The notes under the pieces: model-generated
What the model saw: only the letters and a program-made list of their open reading frames with translations
Database searches by the model: none
What the model was told of the DNA's origin: nothing
Made by a program: the position numbers and the translations under genes
Shown: positions 1 to 7,554 of the stretch, one piece after another
Numbering within the stretch: the stretch's first letter is position 1
Layout of the letters: each line of letters starts with the position of its first letter
Origin: Takakia lepidozioides
Taxonomy: Eukaryota; Plantae; Bryophyta
Reading direction: 5' to 3'
DNA: 12,000 nucleotides
Assembly: GCA_030704615.1 (NCBI GenBank)
Contig: JAKLZA010000154.1
Coordinates: 1-12,000, forward strand

Positions 1-104
1 TCAAACAGCATGAAGCTTTTTCCATATAAAGGCGACTTTGTCATCTGTCACCGGACATCACAGAAAAACAGCCCAGGCTTTGCAAGGTCACACCCGATAA
101 CATC

Positions 105-377
105 TCATACTCGTGCAGTATTATCTCGCTCAAGTAGTGTCATAACATCAGCAGGCCCTATCGTACATTGGTGAATGTATGTGTCTCTTTTTGGATCACA
201 AAACATCCTCTGAATGTATATGTAGTACAAATGTTTGCATGGCACAAATTTGCCTCTCTTTCCTAGAGAACTGGAGATTGTGTTTTTGAAGTCTGGGCAA
301 GTGCAATCCGGGAAATTGGAAACAGTTACCTCGTACGCCATGTTGTGAAGAACAGATCCCATCGTCACCATACTATA
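105..377 (-). pseudogene. 5'-truncated C-terminal fragment (SWIM zinc finger) of a related MULE transposase, cut by the left end of the main element
   Basis: YEVTVSNFPDCTCPDF...GKRGKFVPCKHLYY...CDPKRD aligns without gaps to the C-terminus of the 7555-11070 transposase (about 52/89 identical by hand count). Codons upstream of Tyr (375-377) are TIR sequence. Confidence 0.88.
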
Positions 378-438
378 CAGGGATGCCTCGGCGTGAGCCT
401 GGTCGCGTGAGCGCGTGAGCGCAACTGCGCTCACGCCA
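378..438 (+). repeat. Left terminal inverted repeat (imperfect)
   Basis: GGCGTGAGC-ctggtcg-CGTGAGCGCG-t-GAGCG-caactgc-GCTCACGCCA (390-438) matches the reverse complement of 11633-11676 (GGCGTGAGC-attaca-CGTGAGCGCG-c-GAGCG-tac-GCTCACGCCA). The outer 12 bp match only partly (CA..GA.GC). Confidence 0.8.
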
Positions 439-483
439 CGTCACCTTGCGCAAATGCCACGTCACGGGGCTCAGTCCACGTCA
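429..483. repeat. Left subterminal (G)CCACGTCA motif cluster
   Basis: GCCACGTCA at 435-443 and 456-464; CCACGTCA at 476-483. Confidence 0.8.
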
Positions 484-599
484 TCACACGTGAAGGCCGA
501 GTCACCACGCACCCAGAAAGAAGTGGAGTGTATTCCCGCGGATTGGCACCCTTTACCGCGGAAACAAGCTGGACGACATAATAAAAGGCATTGAATAAA

Positions 600-935
600 G
601 GATGGATGAATGTACAGTTGGATGATAAACAGATGGATGAGTGTGAAAAATGTATGTAGATGGATGGATAAGAGTAAAATGGATGAATGTATAATGGATG
701 TTGAGCAATGACAAAAATTCATGACAGGAAGATGCATGACCAAATCTTTTGACGAATGCACAAAGTATATGAAATGAGTGTGGAAGGTTTGTGGGGTGGA
801 TTAAAGAGTACAGAGGATGAATGTACAATGGATGTTGTACAAAGGAAGCTTTCATGAATGGAGCACGCATGAATACAGTGTAGATGAATGCACAATGGAT
901 ATGAGAAGAGTCAGGAAGGTTTGTGAGATGGATTC
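600..935 (+). repeat. Degenerate GATGAATGYAYAATGGAT repeat array downstream of the ParB-MTase gene
   Basis: Copies at about 605 (partial), 682, 816 and 883, many GATGGAT units, and the direct repeat GGAAGGTTTGTGrGrTGGATT at about 782 and 914. Confidence 0.7.
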
Positions 936-1063
936 ATACATATAGCAATTTAAACGAAAGTTGATTCTGTGATTATTATTTGTTCTAAAGGAACAACTAC
1001 GGTAGAGGAAGGGGATTCAACGTTTTCCAGATAATATGAAAATGAATATTAAAAGAATACAGT

Positions 1064-4000
1064 TCAGTCTGACTCAGAGTCAGTACAATGTATCCCCTCT
1101 TCCTCTGCATCTAAGTCTAAGTATTTTAGAACACCGGATCCACGCTGGATACACCTACGGCTGGCCACTAAAAAGTCAGGGGATAGGGACTCGGCCGCGT
1201 GAAGTGCCATTGCTTCGGCATAAACAGGGAGCAGAAAATTGGAAAGGGGGCTGTCGAAAACAGACTCGCCAGAAATGACTGTATCTCCTGAAGATCCACC
1301 GCTGGCTTTCCTGAAAGACAGCCTGAAAAAGTTATTACTGTAACTTTGATGTTATCGAGAAATTGAGTATGACTCCCAAAGAGGGTTTAGCACTTACTCA
1401 CATGAAAAGTCGTTGTCGACCTGCTTATCTTCGGGATCGTCATCATTTCGAATTTGAATCCGATCAGTCTGTGTGCCTGAAGTGGAGCCAGACAAAAGGG
1501 GGAGGAGCACGGTGTTGTAGAGGTCAGAATCACCCTCCATGCCAAAAAGGCTTCTTCCGCCTGCCTTGCATGCGTGGTAAGTTGCTCCTGCACCAGACAG
1601 GAGAACATGAACAGTTTGGAGGGGGGGATTTAAGCAGATGAAACTGTTGAAAGGAAACCAATTCGGAAGGGAAAAAACGAACCTGTGGACACAGAAAGAT
1701 CGACCACCCGTGCAGAGCGGTGGCTGCATGACTCCAGCAGTATTTGCATGAATGCTGGTGACTTTTCCTTTGCACCTCTCCAGGGAGTGCCATCTGGTCT
1801 CTTCAGAGTCTGACTGGACTGCATGAAGTTGTACAAAATGTCATCGACATGGGGCTCATAGGGGGGGTTGACGAAACAACCCTGGTCAGAAATCTCAAAG
1901 CTGCGGATGGAGGATGGTGTCTTTGATGTGCGAATCCTCCGCAGGCAGATCGCCTCGAACATCCTCGTCTGCCAAAGATAGCAGGTTAGTGTGGTAAACA
2001 CAATCTAAAGTGGAAGTGTGTACATCGGCTATTCAGAACTCTGACACAAAAAAATCATGAATCGTTGATGATCGGTGTCGATCATAAAACATTCTACTAG
2101 AGTGGAGCTGCAGAGAAAATTGAAACTCATGATCAAAGCACAAGCAGAAGGGAGACGGCATACCAGCTGACCAGGGAAACCCCCTTTCACAAGGTAGAGG
2201 CTGTTCACACAATTCCATGTGCGCAAAACTTCAAACCCTGAAGACTTGAGGTATGATGCCAATGCCCGACGACTATCATTGTCACATGACTGAAAAAGCA
2301 GAAGTGTCCCTGCATCAGAGAGGAAATTGTTACAGAACCCGAACACCCAACTCCAGTAGTTGTCCTCGAATTTGTTCCAGCCTGGCGTCTTGCCCTTTGG
2401 AAGAACTTCTGGCACAGCCTGGCCATCCGGGATGTCGAGAATGACAATGTCGGCCGCATAAGTTTTCTGCACACCGCACACGAAGGTGGGACCTGTGCTC
2501 ACCTGCAACAGACATGTTTTTTATAAGAACGATGGCAAGAATGTTTTCAAAGAACGAGACTGAAATACTGCCAACGAAACTTTCAGAGAAAAGGAAAGAA
2601 ACTGGAATTCTCACCAGATTGAGGAATGAGATTATATTGTCCCAGGTAGGGGATGGCACCCCAGTGTATCCTCTCTTTCGACTCTGCATCATCGAAAGCC
2701 AACCCTCATTAACAATTTTCATCTCTCCTGCTGAATCAGAACGGGAAGGGTGTGGCTTGGCATCGAACACGCACTGAAGAGTGCGGGTATATCTTCCAGC
2801 ACTAAAGTCCTGCCCACTCTCCATCTCCTTTTCATTCTCCTTCCCCTTGTCCTTTTCCTTCTCTTTGGACTTGTCTTTGTCCTTTGGCTTTGCTGGTGAG
2901 ATGGCTATGACATCAACAGCCTTGTCTTTTGGTTTGCGGCCCGCCTTCTTTCCCTTCTGCGGCGTTCCCTGAGCATCAGGCTCCTTGGCAGCCAAGGTTG
3001 CTATGTTTCGTTGATACTCTTCGTCAGTCAAAGGCGCCAGCATCTCAGCGTTATTGTTCAAGTATTTCATATGCTGTTCTTGAAAGGTCGTGTGCTCAGG
3101 TGGGCAGTCAAGGTACCACCCACAGTCTCTGAAGTGAGAAGGACTCCAGTCCTTCAATATCCCTGCAGTATACATGGTTGGATCGTTTGCAGGGTCCGAC
3201 CACATGTCAAGATAGTCGGGAATTCCGCTCAGGTGATTTCCTTCCATAAGCACATATTTCGTGTACCTGAAAAAAGGAGATGAATCCCAACCCACAAAAG
3301 CGCTCAGTGAGTAAGATGCAAGTAGAACAGAAAGAATAAAACATGGATTGAAATGGCTCTGACAACTGCTCCAAGGACCTTTCAGGACCACACTACTGCT
3401 CCAGATATGAATGTCGTCAACGCCATTCAGAACATTCCATTCCATGACACTGTAAATACATCCTAATCCAGGTGAATGCAAATAATCGATTAGAAATGAC
3501 ACAGACATAGAAGTGAATGTCGTCAACGACATTCAAGAATGAAGCCAAATTATTACTTAAATGAAGCAAAATCACAGGATGGAAATAAAAAAATTGAGTA
3601 AGGAACCATCCAGGAAAACTCAATGCACATTCATAACGAACCTATCACTGAGGACCTCACAACATCACTGTATGTGAATGGCGTCAACGCCATTCACAAA
3701 AATACAAAAAAGAAACCAATTACTTAGCTCCCCAATCCATGTAAATTGAATTTGTCGCTTTTGAATAATACAGACACAGCTGTGAATGTCGTCAACGACA
3801 TTCACTTTGGATTTCTTAAAACAGAGCTTATCAAGCCTCCACATTCATCGCAAGAGGAAAAAACAATGCAGAACAACTGAATGTCTGCATTGACATTCAG
3901 CAAAATGAAGTGAGGAACCCTCACTGTAACCTCTATGGACATTACAAAAATTTAAATAACCTTGAGGACCTCTCAACAACTCCGTATGTGAATGTCGTCA

Positions 4001-6700
4001 ACGCCATTCAAGGACATTATCAATTCTAATCAGGGACAATATAATTGCACCCTTAGATCCTAACCAGGTGAATTCATATACTCGCTTAAGAATGACTCAG
4101 ACAAAGAAGTGAATGTCGTCAACGACATTCAATCTGGATCTAAGATTGCAATCCATATGAAGCCACATTTTTTCCCAAAAAAACAGTAGAGTTTCAAGTA
4201 TGACATTGCACCTGTACACAACTCGCATCATGGCCCACTCTCCTCCAACCTGACTGTCAAAGTCGTTGGACCGTAAAATGTTACCATCTTTGGAGAACTC
4301 CCGGAAAAAACAGTATCTCCAGGTGAGACCTCTCCACTTCCTTATGTATGCCTCCAATGACATTTGGGGAGGGGAAACAATCGCAATGTTCAGGTCCTTC
4401 AAAGTCTGATCCAGCACAATGACGGCGCGCTTTTCGAGCTGCAAATAGTATATTTGTCAGAATTGCAAAAAAGATACACATCACATACTTGAAGAGAAGA
4501 AACAGCATGTTCGAATACACACCTGACTCCAAAATGTAGCCTTGTGGAGCCAGTTATCAAACACCAAATCACTGATTCCTTCCACCTTTGTGCCAGGCTG
4601 TATGGTGCTCTTTGGGAACTGATTCAAGTCCTTTACTGTTTGATCTGAGTTCCATATCTCCAGCCACCTTATTTTTGTTTGTGGGTCGACCATCGATATG
4701 GCCAGCCGGTGCAATTTCTCCTGCTGCATCTCCGGATGCACATGCTTGTCATAGTGTGTTTTGATCTGCTGAAGGAACTCAGGACCAAGTCCAGGATCTA
4801 CTATTCTAAGCTGCTTTCCGAAGGCTGACATCAATTTGGTTCTTCGCATCTCAAACTCCTTCTTTATTGCAGCTTCCACACCCTTTGATGTCCTTAGTTC
4901 CTCTGGTGTAGTGCGGTAATATTCGGATTTTCCCTTCTCAGCTGCCTCTGCCAGTTCTTGCTGCATTCATTCAAGTAGTGATTAGCTCCGAAGGGACTCT
5001 AAACATGTATTCGAAAAGTAAACAGATTACAGACTCGGGCTTACCGCATACATGTACTCCAGAAACGCCTCTCGTGTCAAAGAATACCAAGTGCCTGCAG
5101 CTCTTCCTGTTTCGCACTTCTTGATGATATTGGGTGGTAGTACTGTCCGAAAATCATCCAGCTTCATCAGACCAATCCTCTGAATTCGGAATAGTGTGTG
5201 AACCAAGCTTGTTGTCACATGCGATTTCTCTGTCGATCTGCAAAAACATTGGAAACATTGCATTCCTTAACACTGTTTTTTGAGGATTAACAAGACACTA
5301 CAGAGGGAATCAAATCTCCTGGATGACTTACTTGTTCACGTCGTGCATAGCTGTAAGAAGCCTAGCGATGTCGTTTCCTGGATCCAAAACCATTGCCTCC
5401 ACAGCAACATGCTTGTCTTTGTCTTTCGAATGGTGTTTCTGAATGTATCCCATCCATGCCAGCAATCGGTGGTTGCCGTCCCAGACGTAGAACATGTGGT
5501 TGCAGAATTGCTGGGTGTTCTTTCCCATCATGAGGCCCAGCTCGAACTCCTCATTGGCATCTTTCCAGCACTCATCCCAGTTATCACTGATCTCTGGAGA
5601 AACTAATGTGCTTTTCCCATTTATATCCGTCAGTGACACATAAAAAACTTGTGCACCAAGTCTATATCCATGCACAAAATCACTCTCCAATTTTGTTATG
5701 TCATGGGAAAGAGGTGGACGCACAACAGGCATTGATATCATCCGGCACAGAGGTATGTCCAGACGCCCTCCAGATACGAGCATGTCCCTTATAACCTCCT
5801 GAGAGTTTACCTTCTGGAATGACATGAGTTCTTTCACCTTGTCAAGGTAGTGCACTTCGGATTCATCTGCTTCATCTGTATTCTCTGAGCTTTTTGCGGA
5901 CTCGTCCCCATCTCCAGATCCTTTCCCCTCTGATCCTGTAGGCTTCGACCTCACAGTTTTCTGCACGATGCCATTCAGTTCTGACTAAGTGATTTGCAAA
6001 TAGTGAATGGCGGTAACGACAATCACTCTGTATCAAGGAAACTCACCATGAATGGTGTGAAAGAATTCAGCACAATCTACACATGCAAAGCCGAGACTGC
6101 CGTATTCAAAACAAAAGCGAGAGCGATAGCGAACGGCGTTAACGACAATCACAAAAGATAACAACCTGCCGGATCGGTGTTGTGTAATGACATATATGTG
6201 CAACTGATTGGCGGCAACGACATTCAGTGTAGTTTAGGGAGAATAGTAAGTGCAGACTCTCTCTTCAAACACATAGGTACATAAATCTCATGAGGAGAAT
6301 CGAATGGCGTTAACGACGCTCGCGATTCAGTAGTTCCTGCTAAAGAATGGAAGAGGAAGGACTCCTTGAAAGGCAATCAGACAGACTATATGATAAAACT
6401 TACTGGCACCTTCTTAGGTTTTGAAATTTGATCCCCTTCTGCAGCTTTCCTCTTCCCTCTCACATCTGCTGGAGTTTCTGTCTGCGCAAGGGTTTCTTGA
6501 CCTTCTTCAGGTTCGGCGTTCCGCGTGCTTCCACCTTCTTCAGTGTCCCTGCGATTCATCTCTGCCTCCACAGGCTGGCGCACTCTTATCGCCGACTGTG
6601 TCGCAGCCGCTGCCTCAGTCTCCGTCTGCTCTTGTGAATCAGTCTCCGCGTTCACCTGCTGCCTTGGCCCTGTGTTCTCCAACAAACGACGCCTCGTCAT
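1064..6700 (-). CDS. ParB/Srx-like domain plus beta-class N4C/N6A DNA methyltransferase-like fusion protein, 10 exons, about 1169 aa
   Basis: Hand-built exon model with GT-AG introns and consistent phases: 6700-6404, 5960-5332, 5237-5045, 4960-4523, 4438-4212, 3266-2615, 2502-2164, 1968-1683, 1587-1398, 1322-1064 (3510 nt, no internal stops). ParB-like: IPLCRM..PVVRP..ITKLESDFVHG...FYVWDGNHRLLAW. MTase: ADIVILDIPDG (motif IV position), FLSDAGTLLLF, KEKSPAFMQILLESCS (motif X-like), VVDLSVSTGATYHAC..GRSLFGMEGD (motifs I-II, joined by splicing). The start codon and last exon are the least certain parts. Confidence 0.82.
3370..4135. repeat. Intronic array of seven 22-bp palindromes within about 3 diverged tandem units (intron 5, 3267-4211)
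   Basis: TGAATGKCGTCAACGMCATTCA at 3408, 3514, 3675, 3783, 3989 and 4110; variant TGAATGTC-TGCATT-GACATTCA at 3878. Confidence 0.92.
6004..6322. repeat. Second cluster of four degenerate copies of the same palindrome (intron 1, 5961-6403)
   Basis: TGAATGGCGGTAACGACAATCA at 6004, CGAACGGCGTTAACGACAATCA at 6130, TGATTGGCGGCAACGACATTCA at 6205, CGAATGGCGTTAACGACGCTCG at 6301. Confidence 0.85.
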
Positions 6701-7554
6701 TTTCTCTCTTGCTCTGCGTCTCTCTCTAAGGGAAGTAAAATAAAGAGACTTTCTTCTCTTTCGTATTCTAGAAGGAACCCTCTCCAGCTTGACTACCACT
6801 CTCCCTCTAAGCGCGAAAAGTAGAAAAACGCAGTGACTCCCGATTTCTTGCGGGATTGCCTGTGTTCTTGCGTGTCTCTAGAAGCATCGGATTCCCTCCC
6901 GCGTGACCGTTACACATAGTCGTTTCCTTATTAGTGCACATGCCAGCAATTGGTGTACAGCTGTTCGTATTCAGTTATGGATGTCTGACGTGTGCCGCCC
7001 AAAAAAAACGGCGTGTTCTTTATTATAACGGGTTCAATATTTAAAAAGAACAGCGAATCCCAGAAATTGATGCGCAGTCTTAAACAAATAAATATAAATG
7101 AACGAGAGTTTGATGACAAATTTTGGAATATCATACACGGTCATCCTTGTTATCCAAACCCCACATTCGTTTCACATTTGGAACTTTCCAGGTGCGCATG
7201 ATCATTGGTAGTAGTATATAGATACATTTACTTAATCTGCAATCCCATTCTCAGATCCTGTGGCATGCTTCCAGGAAGTCGGCTTTGTTATTGGGTTTAT
7301 TGATGAGGTTCTGATTAACGGTTTAACAGTTGCCGACACTGCCCCTAGGGATTCTCTGACCACTGGGCCCACAAGAAAAGTAATTAAAATGGACGGCTGC
7401 ATATCTGGAATGAATAACAGAATATGCACAGTCGTTATCTGAGCTTCCTCCGCCATATGCTCTGCTCATTCTTCAACTGTGTTCTGGAGACAGCAGTAAA
7501 CCGATTTACACTAGATCTGCGATAGCAAGGTACAAACATACTCGAGGAAGGAAG
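6701..7554. promoter_or_regulatory. Putative bidirectional promoter and 5' UTR region between the head-to-head genes
   Basis: Lies between two divergent start codons; AT-rich core with TATAAAT near 7093. Transcription starts are not determinable from sequence. Confidence 0.5.

Noticed and set aside
471-870. His/Ile-rich ORFs 471-761 and 553-870
   Set aside because: Translation artefacts of the GATGGATGAAT repeat array.
1394-1396. Stop codon ending the ParB-MTase at 1394
   Set aside because: It overlaps a consensus GTAAGT donor, and a phase-compatible 86-codon exon follows at 1322-1064. The shorter ending remains possible without transcript data.
3267-3532. N-terminal 89 aa of the 400-aa ORF 2330-3532
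   Set aside because: Falls in intron 5 repeat sequence; the strong acceptor TTTTTTCAG at 3267 is phase-compatible with exon 5.
3408-4131. CRISPR array interpretation of the palindromic repeats
   Set aside because: Spacers are 73-139 bp, irregular and homologous to each other, lie within a spliceosomal intron, and there are no cas genes.
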